In this document: positions 46,932-56,648 of the stretch, piece after piece | Layout: every line of letters begins with the position of its first letter | Position numbering within the stretch: the first letter of the stretch is position 1 | NCBI GenBank assembly: GCA_019244185.1 | Contig: JAFATB010000026.1 | Location: 96,001 to 160,000, forward strand | Length of the DNA stretch: 64,000 nucleotides | Direction of reading: 5' to 3' | Origin: Acidobacteriota bacterium | GTDB lineage: Bacteria > Acidobacteriota > Thermoanaerobaculia > Gp7-AA8 | Notes under the pieces: model-generated | Told to the model about the DNA's origin: nothing | The model's input: the letters and a program-made list of their open reading frames with translations, nothing else | The model's database searches: none | Made by a program: the position numbers and the translations under genes

Positions 46932-47390
46932 TTACTGGCGCAGCCTCGGCCGCTGCGGGTTGTTCTTGCGCAGCTGATTGCGCATCGGGCTGTCGCGGTC
47001 GAGCACCGCGCGCATGCGATTCCACTGCGTCTCGCTCAGCACGCCGCGCATGTCCACGAGCATCATCAGCTCGCGGTCGAACAGTTTCCCGCGCGCCTCG
47101 GTCAGCCGCGCCGCGATGCGCCGGATCTCGTCGCGCCGCAGCTGCGGACGATCGATCTCGCCGCGCAACGCGACCTGCAGCTTCTCGACCGCGGCCTTCG
47201 CGTCGATGAGCTCATCGGCCGTTGTGCGGAAGATGTCGTCGAGCTGCTGCTGCTGTTCGGCCGTGAGCGCGAGCTCCTGGATGATCTCCGCGCGCCGCCA
47301 CCACTTGCCCTGCGGCATCTGCTGCGCATGCGCGGCGAACGCGGACAGCAGCAGCGCGGCGATGACGATCAGCGTTCGCGTCTTCTTCAC
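46932..47390 (-). CDS. Spy/CpxP-like periplasmic protein
   Basis: Signal peptide; KWW, ELALTAEQ, VLSETQW (LTxxQ motifs). Confidence 0.82.
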   Translation of the reverse strand: MKKTRTLIVIAALLLSAFAAHAQQMPQGKWWRRAEIIQELALTAEQQQQLDDIFRTTADELIDAKAAVEKLQVALRGEIDRPQLRRDEIRRIAARLTEARGKLFDRELMMLVDMRGVLSETQWNRMRAVLDRDSPMRNQLRKNNPQRPRLRQ

Positions 47391-47887
47391 GAGCGGTCTC
47401 CATTCTCCGTCGTCCACGATTCCCACGCGACCATCGAATGAAAGTCTTCCAGCTCTTCCGACTTCCACGGATCGGCGGGCACCGCGGTGAGCGTGCTGTC
47501 GCTCGGCGCGGCTGTCGTCGCGGGTGCATGCGTCACGGTCGCGTACGTCGTCGTGGCGGGCGTTGCCTCGTGCTGGCGCAGCGTGATCACGCCGCCGATG
47601 ACGAGCGCGAAGATCGCGGCGGCGGCGACGCGCGTGATGCGCGCCACGGATCCCGAGCGCGTGCGCTGCGCGTCGATCTTCCGCATGACGCCGATGCGCT
47701 GGCGCGCCCAGAACGTCTCCGGCTTCTCCGCGTGACACGTCGCGGTGCCGCGCAGCTTCGCCTCGAGCCGCTCGTAGCGCGCGGCGCAGTCGGTGCAGCC
47801 GGCGAGGTGCATCATCACCGGCATCGAGTCGCCGGGCTGCGTGTAGTACGTCTCCAGCAGATCGGCTTCACTGTAGTGCTGTTTCAT
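47387..47887 (-). CDS. Zinc-finger (HxxxCxxC) transmembrane anti-sigma factor
   Basis: HLAGCTDC, one TM helix; coupled to ECF sigma. Confidence 0.82.
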   Translation of the reverse strand: MKQHYSEADLLETYYTQPGDSMPVMMHLAGCTDCAARYERLEAKLRGTATCHAEKPETFWARQRIGVMRKIDAQRTRSGSVARITRVAAAAIFALVIGGVITLRQHEATPATTTYATVTHAPATTAAPSDSTLTAVPADPWKSEELEDFHSMVAWESWTTENGDRS

Positions 47888-48515
47888 GTCCCGGTTCCTG
47901 AAGCGCGCGGCTGGCGCGCCATTCGGCCAGCTCGCGGCGGATTTTATGAGTCGCGCGGAAGAGGTGCACGCGCACCGTGGCGGCGCTGAGGCCGAGGTGC
48001 GTGGCAATTTCGTCCGGTGTGAGGTTCTCGTAGTGGCGGAGGCGGAAGATCACCAGCTGCTGCGGCGAGAGCTGCCGTTCCGCGCGCGTGATGGCGGCGC
48101 GCAGCTGCGACGACAGATACTGCCGCTCGGGATCGGGCCGCTCGTCGACCGGCTCGAGCACGAGCTCGGAGTCGTCGTCGTCGCGGCGGAAGGTCAACAG
48201 GTTGACGAAGCGGCGGCGGCGCAGCGTGTCGCGCGAGAGATTGATGGCGATGCGCGTCAGCCACGTCTCCAGCCCCGCGCGGCCTTCGAAGCGCGCGAGG
48301 TGCGTGTACGCCTGCACGAAGGTGTCCTGCGCGATGGTGTCGGCCTCGACCTCGTCGCGCACGATGGCGTAGGCGACGCGGTAGATCTTCCGCTGGTAAC
48401 GCTCGACGAGGATCGCGTACGCGCCGCCGTCGCCGGCCAGCGTCCGCTCGATGAGCAGCGCGTCGGCGGGGGCGTCGCTGTCGCTGGTTCGGAACGCGGC
48501 CACGTTGCTTCTCAC
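47868..48515 (-). CDS. ECF RNA polymerase sigma factor
   Basis: LVERYQRKIY, AQDTFV, TWLTRIAIN, EIA..LG...TVRVHLFRA. Confidence 0.93.
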   Translation of the reverse strand: MRSNVAAFRTSDSDAPADALLIERTLAGDGGAYAILVERYQRKIYRVAYAIVRDEVEADTIAQDTFVQAYTHLARFEGRAGLETWLTRIAINLSRDTLRRRRFVNLLTFRRDDDDSELVLEPVDERPDPERQYLSSQLRAAITRAERQLSPQQLVIFRLRHYENLTPDEIATHLGLSAATVRVHLFRATHKIRRELAEWRASRALQEPGHETALQ

Positions 48516-48546
48516 GGAGCTTGGACGGACGAACGCCGGAAGACGT

Positions 48547-49443
48547 TTACATCCGCGGTTCCATGGTACTGCGCGAGCTCGCCAGCGCCACGCCGGCGAC
48601 GATCATCACGCCGGCGAGCACGACCGTGTGCCGGATCGTCTCGCCGAGCAGCAGCGCGCCGAGGAGCGTGGCGATGACCGGCTGGAGATACGTGTACGCC
48701 GCGACCAGCGAGCTGTCGGCGTAGCGCAGCGCCCACGCGTTGAGCAGGTACGCGCCGACGGTCGGCCCGGCGATCACGATCGCGAGCGCGAGCCACGCGC
48801 GCGGCGTGATCGCGCTCCATGGCTCGCGCAGCAGCGACGGCGCGGCGATCGGCAGCATCAGCACCGTGCCGATCGTGAACATTCGCTCGACGACGCGCCG
48901 TGCGGACAGCCGCGCCATGGCCGGCTTCGAGACGACGAGATACAGCGAGAACGACAGGCAGTTGCCGATGACCATCAGCGCGCCGGCGAACGAACGCGAC
49001 GTGCCGTGCACGCCTTCCGCCGCGACGACGAGCAATGCGCCGATGCCGGCCAGCGCGATGCCGCCGAGACGCCGCGCGGTCGCGCGCTCCTGCCGCGCCA
49101 CGATCGCCGCCGCGAGCGCGAACACCGGAATCGTCGTGATCAGAATCGCGGCGACCTGCACGCTCGTCCGCGCGAGTCCTGACAGAAACAGCGTCTGATT
49201 GATCACGACGCCAAGAATCGAGAAGAGCGCTACGCGCCACGTGTCGTCGCGCGCCAGCGGCGGCTCCTTGCGCGCGACGAGCATCAGCACGAGCGCCGCG
49301 CCGGCCACGCGCAGCCACGCGAACGTGAGCGGCGTCAGCTCGCGCATCCCGAGCTTCGAGATGACGTAGTTCAGCGAGAAGAAGAACGCGACGACGAAGA
49401 GCGCTGCGTGAACGCGGAACCGCTCCGCTACTCCTGCTCGCAC
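48547..49443 (-). CDS. DMT/EamA transporter
   Basis: Two EamA repeats, [15 protein letters not shown]. Confidence 0.9.
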   Translation of the reverse strand: MRAGVAERFRVHAALFVVAFFFSLNYVISKLGMRELTPLTFAWLRVAGAALVLMLVARKEPPLARDDTWRVALFSILGVVINQTLFLSGLARTSVQVAAILITTIPVFALAAAIVARQERATARRLGGIALAGIGALLVVAAEGVHGTSRSFAGALMVIGNCLSFSLYLVVSKPAMARLSARRVVERMFTIGTVLMLPIAAPSLLREPWSAITPRAWLALAIVIAGPTVGAYLLNAWALRYADSSLVAAYTYLQPVIATLLGALLLGETIRHTVVLAGVMIVAGVALASSRSTMEPRM

Positions 49444-52400
49444 CAGACGTCCGAATAGCGCACCGGCGGCGGCACGAGCGACGTCCGCACGCCGCGGATG
49501 TTCGGCTTGTGCAGCACGAACAGCCGCTCGTGGAACAGCGGCGCGAGCGGCGCCTCCCGCACGACCATCTGATTCAGCGACCGGTAGATCGTTGCGCGCG
49601 CCTCGGAATCATTGCTCCGCCGCGCTTCGAGGATCTGCGCGTCGACTTCCGGACGGTAGTAGTACAGCCCGCGGATCGACGACGCCTCGCTGTGGAAGAA
49701 GATGTAGAAGAAGTTGTCGGGATCGGGGAAGTCGGCGTACCAGTTCGCGCAGTAGACGACGCCGTGTCCGCGCCGGTCGCGCACCGCGGCCGCCTCGGTT
49801 GCGGAATGGCGCGTGACGTTGACGCGGATGCCGATCGCGTCGAGGTCTTCGATGAGCAGCGGCACGAGCCCGGAGTTGTTGAACTCGTCCGTGTCCCACG
49901 TGCGGTATTCGACACTGAAGCCCGACGCGTAGCCCGCCTGCCGCATGAGGTTGCGCGCGCGCTCGGGATCGTGCTCGAAGCCGCGCAGGTTCGGGTCGTA
50001 TCCGAGGAGGCCGGGAGGGAGAAGCGATTGCGCGGGAAGGGCGAGGCCGGCGTAGACGCGCTCGTTGATGCGCTGCCGGTTGATCGCGTAGTTCACGGCC
50101 TGGCGCACTTCCACGCGATCGAACGGCGCGGCGGAGTTGTCGTAGCCGAAGTACGACGTGTGCAGCTGCACGGTCGTGAGCATGTACGCCGCGTACCGCG
50201 GATCGTCGCGCAGCTCCTTGACCATCTTCGGCGGAATGCCGTGCGCGACGTCGAGCTCTCCGCGGATGAACGCGTCGGCCACTTCGCGGAAGCTGCGCAG
50301 GTCGAGGCGGAACAGCAGCTCGTCGACGTACGGCTCGCCGGGAACGTAGTAATCGCGGTTCTTCACGAGCTTCACGCGCTCGCCTTCGACCGCTTCTTCG
50401 ACCTTGAACGCGCCGGCGCCGACGCCGCGCAGGCGATAGCGTTCCGCGTCCTTGCCTTCTTCCGCCGGCACGATGCCGCACTCGTGCATCGTCATCAGCG
50501 AGAGGAAGAACGCCACCGGCTCGGTGAGCTGAAACTCGATCGTGTGCGGGTCGCGCACGATGATGCCGCTCACCGCGCGCGTCTTTCCTTCGAGCACATC
50601 GTTCGCGCCGCGCACGCTGCGGAGGATCCACGCGCCGGTCGACTTCATCTCCGGCAACAGCAGGCGCAGCATGCTCTCGTAGACGTCGCGCGCCTCGAGC
50701 GTGCGGCCGTTGTGGAAGCGGACGCCGCGCCGCAGATGGAAGCGGTAGACGTGTCCCTGCTCGAGCACTTCCCAGCGCTCGGCGAGATCGGGGATCAGCT
50801 CCGCGCCCTCGCCGTATTTGACGAGCGTTGCGTGGATCGCCTTCGACATGAAGCCGAGCGCCGACGCCGACGTGTACGCGGGGTCGAACGTCAGCCGCTG
50901 CCACAGCACCGTCGCCGTCGTGACGTCGCCGCCGCGGTTCGGCGCCGGCAGCACGAAGCGTCCGAGCTCCTGCTTGAGCAGCGTCGACTCGTGGCTGAGC
51001 GTGTTCGCCATCTGATTGAGGTCGGAGACGCCGAAGCTCGACTCGCGCGAGCCTTGCTTGATGACGTCCATCGACTTGACGATGGCCGAGCTTTCCGCGG
51101 CGAGCACCGACGTCGACTCGAGCACGTTCTGCACGAGCCCCATGATGTTTTCCATCGCGCGGCTGATGGCGCGGCTGCCCGATTCCTGCTCGGTCATGGC
51201 GCGCTTGAGATGCTTGGTGTAGTCGCGCACCATCGCCGCCTGCTCGCCGATCTTCCGCGAGGTGAGCGACTGCTGCTGCGTCGCGGTCGCGGTCTGCTGC
51301 ACCATCTTCGTGACTTCTTCGATGGCCGCCGTCGCTGCCGCGCTTCCGCGTGCCTGCTCCTCGGTCGCGCGCGCGATCTCGGAGATCGAGTTCGTGGAGC
51401 GGTCGGTGAGCTCGAGGATCTTTTCGAGCACCTGCACGGCGCGCGCGGTGAGGCCGACGCCGTCGGCGACGCGGTCCGCGCCGATGGTCATCTGATCCGC
51501 GGCGCGTCCGACGCCCTTCTGCACGTTCTGAATGAGCGTTCTGATTTCTTCCGTGGAGACCGAGGTGCGCTCCGAGAGGTCGCGGATCTCGTCCGCGACG
51601 ACGGCGAAGCCGCGCCCGCGCTCGCCCGCCTGCGCCGCGATGATGGCGGCGTTCAGCGCGAGGAGGTTCGTCTGCCCGGCGATGTCGTCGATGACGCGCA
51701 CGATGTCGCCGATCTCCTGCGAGCGTTCCGCGAGATCGGTCAGCGCGACTTTCGCCTCGTCGACCGCGACCTGGATCTTGCGCATGCCGTCGACGGTGCC
51801 TTCGACCGCGACGCGTCCCTCGTTCGCCGCGTCCTTGACGTACCGCGCGAGCTCCGACGATTGCCGCGCGGACTTGCCGATCTCCTCGGTCGTCGCATTC
51901 ATCTGGACCATCGACGACGCGGTCTGCGTCGCGAACGACGAGAAGCTCTCCGTGTTCGTGGCGACCTCGTTGATCGACGCGATCATCTCTTCGATGGCGG
52001 AGCCGGTCTGCTCGACGAACTCCGCGAGCGTGTCGGCGATGCGGCTCACTTCTTCGATCGACGCCGACATCTCGAGGATGGACGTCGACGTTTCCTCCGC
52101 GTTGCCGGAGAGGTCTTCCATGCTGCGGCGCACGCTGTTGATCGACTGATCGATCTGCGTGACCGACGACGACGTTTGTTCGGTGGAGCTGAGCTGCTCG
52201 GACGCGCTGCGCGCGAGGACGCGCGAGCGGCCGCTGATCTGATCGCTGACTTTCGCGACGTCGGCGGCGAGCTGTCCGAAGCGGCGGATGGTCCGCTCGA
52301 GACTTGCGACCAGCGCGCGCATCGCAGCCGACGTGCGCGCCGACTGCGTCTCACTTTCGATGTCGCGCGCCGACAGCGAGAGGTCGCCGGTGGTCACGCG

Positions 52401-52625
52401 GTCGATCAGCTTGATCACGCCTTCGCGCCTCTGCAGCGCGCGCGCGAGCCAGATCTGAAACATCACGACACAGATCGCGCTGGCGAGGAGCGCCGCCGCC
52501 AGAACTTTCCACCACAGCGCCCACGTCATGTCGGGGATGAACCAGACGAAGACGGCGAACAGAATGACGCAGGTAATCAGCAGGACCCAGGTCTGCTGAG
52601 CCCGTCCCAACTGTCGAAGTTTCAT
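49428..52625 (-). CDS. Methyl-accepting chemotaxis protein fused to a C-terminal family-5 solute-binding domain
   Basis: 2 [36 protein letters not shown]; then [40 protein letters not shown]. Confidence 0.92.
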   Translation of the reverse strand: MKLRQLGRAQQTWVLLITCVILFAVFVWFIPDMTWALWWKVLAAALLASAICVVMFQIWLARALQRREGVIKLIDRVTTGDLSLSARDIESETQSARTSAAMRALVASLERTIRRFGQLAADVAKVSDQISGRSRVLARSASEQLSSTEQTSSSVTQIDQSINSVRRSMEDLSGNAEETSTSILEMSASIEEVSRIADTLAEFVEQTGSAIEEMIASINEVATNTESFSSFATQTASSMVQMNATTEEIGKSARQSSELARYVKDAANEGRVAVEGTVDGMRKIQVAVDEAKVALTDLAERSQEIGDIVRVIDDIAGQTNLLALNAAIIAAQAGERGRGFAVVADEIRDLSERTSVSTEEIRTLIQNVQKGVGRAADQMTIGADRVADGVGLTARAVQVLEKILELTDRSTNSISEIARATEEQARGSAAATAAIEEVTKMVQQTATATQQQSLTSRKIGEQAAMVRDYTKHLKRAMTEQESGSRAISRAMENIMGLVQNVLESTSVLAAESSAIVKSMDVIKQGSRESSFGVSDLNQMANTLSHESTLLKQELGRFVLPAPNRGGDVTTATVLWQRLTFDPAYTSASALGFMSKAIHATLVKYGEGAELIPDLAERWEVLEQGHVYRFHLRRGVRFHNGRTLEARDVYESMLRLLLPEMKSTGAWILRSVRGANDVLEGKTRAVSGIIVRDPHTIEFQLTEPVAFFLSLMTMHECGIVPAEEGKDAERYRLRGVGAGAFKVEEAVEGERVKLVKNRDYYVPGEPYVDELLFRLDLRSFREVADAFIRGELDVAHGIPPKMVKELRDDPRYAAYMLTTVQLHTSYFGYDNSAAPFDRVEVRQAVNYAINRQRINERVYAGLALPAQSLLPPGLLGYDPNLRGFEHDPERARNLMRQAGYASGFSVEYRTWDTDEFNNSGLVPLLIEDLDAIGIRVNVTRHSATEAAAVRDRRGHGVVYCANWYADFPDPDNFFYIFFHSEASSIRGLYYYRPEVDAQILEARRSNDSEARATIYRSLNQMVVREAPLAPLFHERLFVLHKPNIRGVRTSLVPPPVRYSDVWCEQE

Positions 52626-52671
52626 AGAGTTCCCGAAATCGGATGCTAACACGGGGTACGATTCGACCGTC

Positions 52672-53559
52672 GTGTCCGATTACTTCGCGTCGCGCCGCGC
52701 CTCGATCGACGACTACCTCGGGCACCTCGCCGGCGCGACCGGCGCTCCGCGCCCGCTCGACGCGCCACTGCGCCGCGCGCTCGCGTCCGCCGGCAAACGC
52801 GTGCGCGGCATTCTCACGCTCGCGGTGGGGGAGTCGGTCGGCGGCCGCGTCGAAAAGCTCCTTCCCGCCGCCGCGTCCATCGAGATGATTCACGCGTCGT
52901 CGCTCGTGCTCGACGATCTCCCCGCGATGGACGACGCGCTGCTGCGCCGCGGCGCGCCGACGCTGCATCGCGAGTTCGGCGAAGACCTGGCGATCCTCTC
53001 CGCCGTCGCGCTGCTCAATCACGCTTATGGACTTGTGGCAAAAGCGCACGCGGACTGCGCGCCGCGACGCTGGCCGATGCAGCAGGTGCTGCAGCGCGTC
53101 GTCGACGCCGTCGGCTGGGACGGCACGATCGCCGGCGAAGCCGTCGACCTGCACCCCGACTCGTACAAAGGCAACGCGCCGCTCGACTTCGACACGCTCG
53201 AGTTCATTCATTCGCGCAAGACCGGCGCGCTCTTCGTCGCCGCGGCGGCGGTCGGCGGAATGCTCGGCAACATCCATCCGGCGCCGCTGCAGCGCATCGA
53301 AGTCTTCGCGAAGAACCTCGGCCTCGCGTTCCAGATCACCGACGACGTGCTCGACGTGACGTCGAAACCCGAGGTGCTCGGGAAGGACGTGGGGAAAGAC
53401 GAGCAGCGGCTGACGTTCGTCAAGCTCGCAGGTGTCGACGGCGCGCGGAAGCTCAGCGAAGAGCTCGTGGAGACGTCGCTGACGGCGATCGAGCCGCTCG
53501 GAGCGGCCGCGAAGCCGCTCCGAGAGCTGGCGCTGCTCGTGCGCGACCGCGTTCGTTGA
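52672..53559 (+). CDS. Polyprenyl (FPP/GGPP) synthase
   Basis: [33 protein letters not shown]. Confidence 0.93.
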   Translation: MSDYFASRRASIDDYLGHLAGATGAPRPLDAPLRRALASAGKRVRGILTLAVGESVGGRVEKLLPAAASIEMIHASSLVLDDLPAMDDALLRRGAPTLHREFGEDLAILSAVALLNHAYGLVAKAHADCAPRRWPMQQVLQRVVDAVGWDGTIAGEAVDLHPDSYKGNAPLDFDTLEFIHSRKTGALFVAAAAVGGMLGNIHPAPLQRIEVFAKNLGLAFQITDDVLDVTSKPEVLGKDVGKDEQRLTFVKLAGVDGARKLSEELVETSLTAIEPLGAAAKPLRELALLVRDRVR

Positions 53560-53568
53560 TCGCGACGC

Positions 53569-54084
53569 TCAGTGCACGCGCACTTGCTCGACTTCCTCGA
53601 ACCAGCGCTCCTGACCTTTCGCGTACCAGCTCCAGCGCGAGCGCACGTGATCGGCGTCGACGAAGCGGAATTCGACGGCGTCCATGTGCCCGACGTCGCG
53701 CGACTGCATGTTGGTGCCGCTCACGAAGCGGAACACGACCCGCGCGCCGCTCTCGTCGATGGTCGTCGCGGCGAGCGTCGGCTGATTGCCAGCCTCGCAA
53801 TAGTGCGTCAGCAGTAGGCGATCGCCGTCGAGATAGAACGTCGTGACCATGCCGTCGTTCGCCTCGCCGTCGAAATGCGAACGGTTGATGACCGCGGTGC
53901 CTTTCGCCGCGACTTCATAAGAGTTCGTTTCCGTCCAGCCCTTTGTACTGGCGGCGTGCCATTGTCCGGCCATCGCTTTGAAACGCGCGAAGAGTTGTTG
54001 CGCGTCCGCGGGCGTCACGGGGCGTTCGGCCGCCGCAGCACGCAAGGGAAGCAGGAGGAACAGCAGGAGCATCGTTCGTCGCAT
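53569..54084 (-). CDS. Secreted hypothetical beta-rich protein
   Basis: Signal peptide; LLTHYCEAGNQP motif; AAGGAG RBS. Confidence 0.75.
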   Translation of the reverse strand: MRRTMLLLFLLLPLRAAAAERPVTPADAQQLFARFKAMAGQWHAASTKGWTETNSYEVAAKGTAVINRSHFDGEANDGMVTTFYLDGDRLLLTHYCEAGNQPTLAATTIDESGARVVFRFVSGTNMQSRDVGHMDAVEFRFVDADHVRSRWSWYAKGQERWFEEVEQVRVH

Positions 54085-54173
54085 GGGCATCTCCTTTGGC
54101 ATTGAGGGAGGCGCGCGACGGAAAAGGTTGCGTGGACGCAACCGTTCGGGGCAGATTGCGCCCTCATACAACG

Positions 54174-54683
54174 ATGGATGACCAACTGCTCGTGCGCGAG
54201 CTACGCGCCGGCCGCGAGCCGGCGTTCCGGCTCCTGTACGAACGGCACAGTCCCGCGCTCTTCGCCTTTCTCCGGCACCTTCTCGGCGCCGCGCGCGAGG
54301 AGGCCGGCGACGCGCTGCAGGACGTCTGGCTGCGTGCGACGCGCGACCTGCCGCGGTTTCGCGAGCAGTCGTCGTTCCGCACGTGGCTGTTCGGCATCGC
54401 GGTGAACCGCTGCCGCGAGATCCTGCGGCTGGCCGGCCGCTACGAATCGCCTGAGGAAATCGAGGTGACCGCGCCGCCGGTGCCTCTCGTCGAGCGCCTC
54501 GACCTCGGCCGCGCGATTCCGCGGCTGCCGCACCGCTATCGCGAAGTGCTCATCCTGCACGACCTCTATGAACACACGCACGCGGAGATTGCAGCGATGC
54601 TCGGGATCGATGAGGGCACATCGAAGAGCAATCTGTCTCGCGCGCGTGCACGACTGCGCGAGCTGATCGGAGGGCCGTCATGA
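54174..54683 (+). CDS. ECF RNA polymerase sigma factor
   Basis: LQDVWL, FRTWLFGIAVN, EIAAMLGIDEGTSKSNLSRAR. Confidence 0.93.
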   Translation: MDDQLLVRELRAGREPAFRLLYERHSPALFAFLRHLLGAAREEAGDALQDVWLRATRDLPRFREQSSFRTWLFGIAVNRCREILRLAGRYESPEEIEVTAPPVPLVERLDLGRAIPRLPHRYREVLILHDLYEHTHAEIAAMLGIDEGTSKSNLSRARARLRELIGGPS

Positions 54684-55186
54684 CGGACGACCGCGTTGAT
54701 TTGTCGTCGCTGGACCGCGAGACCGCACCGCCGCCGGAGCTCGAGCGTGCGCTCGTGCGCTCCTTGCGCCGCGCGGGATTCCTGCGAACAAAGCCGCTGC
54801 TGGCGCTCGGCGGCTGGGCTGCCGCCGCGGTCATGGCCGGCATTGCGCTGTTTCTGTACGTGCATCCGCCGAGCGCGGCGCGTTCGCCGTCGCCACAGTA
54901 CATTCTGCTGCTCTATGAATCGCCGCAATTTCGAGGCGGCTCGCACAGTGAATACGCGGCATGGGCGCGGCGCCAGCACCCGCGCATTGTGGGCGGCGAA
55001 GAGCTTGCGCAGCCCACTGTGACTGCGATTCCCGGTGCGTCCACGCCGCTGCCGTCCGATCAGCCGCGCTTTGCCGGCTATTTCTTAATCGATGCGCCCG
55101 ATGATGCCGCGGCCGTCGAGCTCGCGCGCGCGTGTCCGCATGTGCGGCATGGAGGTTCCGTCGTCTTACGCAGGATCACGAGGTAA
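54680..55186 (+). CDS. Putative anti-sigma factor with TM helix and YciI/DGPF-like C-terminal domain
   Basis: ATGA-coupled to sigma; FAGYFLIDA..DAAAVELARACPH...GSVVLR. Confidence 0.72.
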   Translation: MTDDRVDLSSLDRETAPPPELERALVRSLRRAGFLRTKPLLALGGWAAAAVMAGIALFLYVHPPSAARSPSPQYILLLYESPQFRGGSHSEYAAWARRQHPRIVGGEELAQPTVTAIPGASTPLPSDQPRFAGYFLIDAPDDAAAVELARACPHVRHGGSVVLRRITR

Positions 55187-55201
55187 CGGCGCGGTTGCGC
55201 G

Positions 55202-55633
55202 TCAGTGCACGTTCGGGCGGCGGTCGCCTGCGGCGCCGCCGGCGAGGGGATGCCCGTCGTGCAGCAGGTTCGCGCAATCGCGCACGACTTCCACGACCTG
55301 CTCGACGTCGAACGGCTTTCGCACGCAGCCGTGCACGAGCGTCGGATCGAGCTGGCGGAAGGCGGCATCGTCGAAGGCCGACATCACGAAGACGACCGGC
55401 TTGACGCGCAGCGGCAGCGCGGGCAGCGCTTCGATGAAGTCGAAGCCGCTCATCCGCGGCATCATGAGGTCGACCAGCAGCACGGCGTACTCGCTCGACT
55501 CCATGCGTTCGAGCGCGGCCACGCCGTCGTTGGCGACATCGACGTCGAGTCCCGCGCGTTGCAGGGCCGAGACGAGCAGCGCGCGAATGGCCGGATCGTC
55601 TTCGACGACCAGGACCCGTGGCAATGTCGGCAT
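55202..55633 (-). CDS. Stand-alone response-regulator receiver
   Basis: VLVVEDD, LVDLMMPRMSG, MSA, RKPF. Confidence 0.9.
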   Translation of the reverse strand: MPTLPRVLVVEDDPAIRALLVSALQRAGLDVDVANDGVAALERMESSEYAVLLVDLMMPRMSGFDFIEALPALPLRVKPVVFVMSAFDDAAFRQLDPTLVHGCVRKPFDVEQVVEVVRDCANLLHDGHPLAGGAAGDRRPNVH

Positions 55634-55689
55634 GTGTAGGCAGCGTAAACGAAGCAGGCTGGAGCTGGTGACGGACGGGTGGAAGTAAA

Positions 55690-56568
55690 ATGACGGACAT
55701 GGCATATGCGATCGAGGCAGGGGAGGCATTGCCCGATGCGCTGCGGCGGATCGTCGCCGAACAGGTGCAGCACGTGCTGGCCCTGCGCGGCGACGGCGAG
55801 GTCGAAATGCGCGTGCACGAGCTGCGCAAACGGATCAAGCAACTGCGGGCGCTGCTGCGGCTCGTCCGGCCGGAGATCGGCGACGCGTTCGGCGCGTTCA
55901 ATGCCCGCCTGCGCGACATTGCGCAACGACTCTCCGGGATTCGCGACGCGCACGTACTCGTCGCGGTCGTAGACAAGCTCTCGCAAGGCGCGCACGACGC
56001 GGATCGCGACGCATTGCTCATTGTGCGCCGTTCCTTGAGCGCATCAGAGCCTGGCGATATTGAAGCCTCAATGACACGCGCCATTGAAGACATTCGCGGC
56101 TTGCAGCCGGTGCTCGCGTCCGCGGTCTGGCCATTGGAGGATCGTTTCCGCGTCATTGGACGTGGATTCCAGCGTACCTACCGCGATGGCCGCCGCTCAA
56201 TGCACAATGCCATCGAATCGCCAAGGCCCGTGAACATGCATCAGTGGCGCAAGCGGGCCAAGGACCACTGGCATCAATTGCAGCTCTTACGAGACGTTGC
56301 GCCCGACGAATTTCACGAACGCGCCGCGCACGCCAAAGAGCTCTCCGACGTCCTCGGCGACGACCACGATCTCGCGCTGTTGTACGAGCGCGTCGCCGCC
56401 GATGCGTCGCTGACCGATGAAACGCGCGACGCCGTGCTCCGCCTCACGATCGCCGCCCAACAGCGTCTTCAGCAGCGCGCCCGCGAACTGGGGGAGGCGT
56501 TGTACGACCACTCGCCGCGTGCGTTCCGCAAGCACGCGCGCAACCGCTGGCGCGCGTGGCGCAGCTGA
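55690..56568 (+). CDS. CHAD-domain (polyphosphate-binding) protein
   Basis: VHELRKRIKQLRA, RDAHV, HQWRKRAK, LGDDHD. Confidence 0.9.
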   Translation: MTDMAYAIEAGEALPDALRRIVAEQVQHVLALRGDGEVEMRVHELRKRIKQLRALLRLVRPEIGDAFGAFNARLRDIAQRLSGIRDAHVLVAVVDKLSQGAHDADRDALLIVRRSLSASEPGDIEASMTRAIEDIRGLQPVLASAVWPLEDRFRVIGRGFQRTYRDGRRSMHNAIESPRPVNMHQWRKRAKDHWHQLQLLRDVAPDEFHERAAHAKELSDVLGDDHDLALLYERVAADASLTDETRDAVLRLTIAAQQRLQQRARELGEALYDHSPRAFRKHARNRWRAWRS

Positions 56569-56648
56569 GGGCGCGCGCGATCCTCTGCTAGAATGCGCCG
56601 CGAGCCGCGCCGGTCCAGCGGGCTCGGCCAAACAGAGAGAGCCCCATC

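Noticed and set aside
49509-52649. 1046-aa plus-strand ORF, and similar long antisense ORFs at 34080-36425, 32236-33981 and 61679-63751
   Set aside because: Antisense shadows of well-supported high-GC genes.
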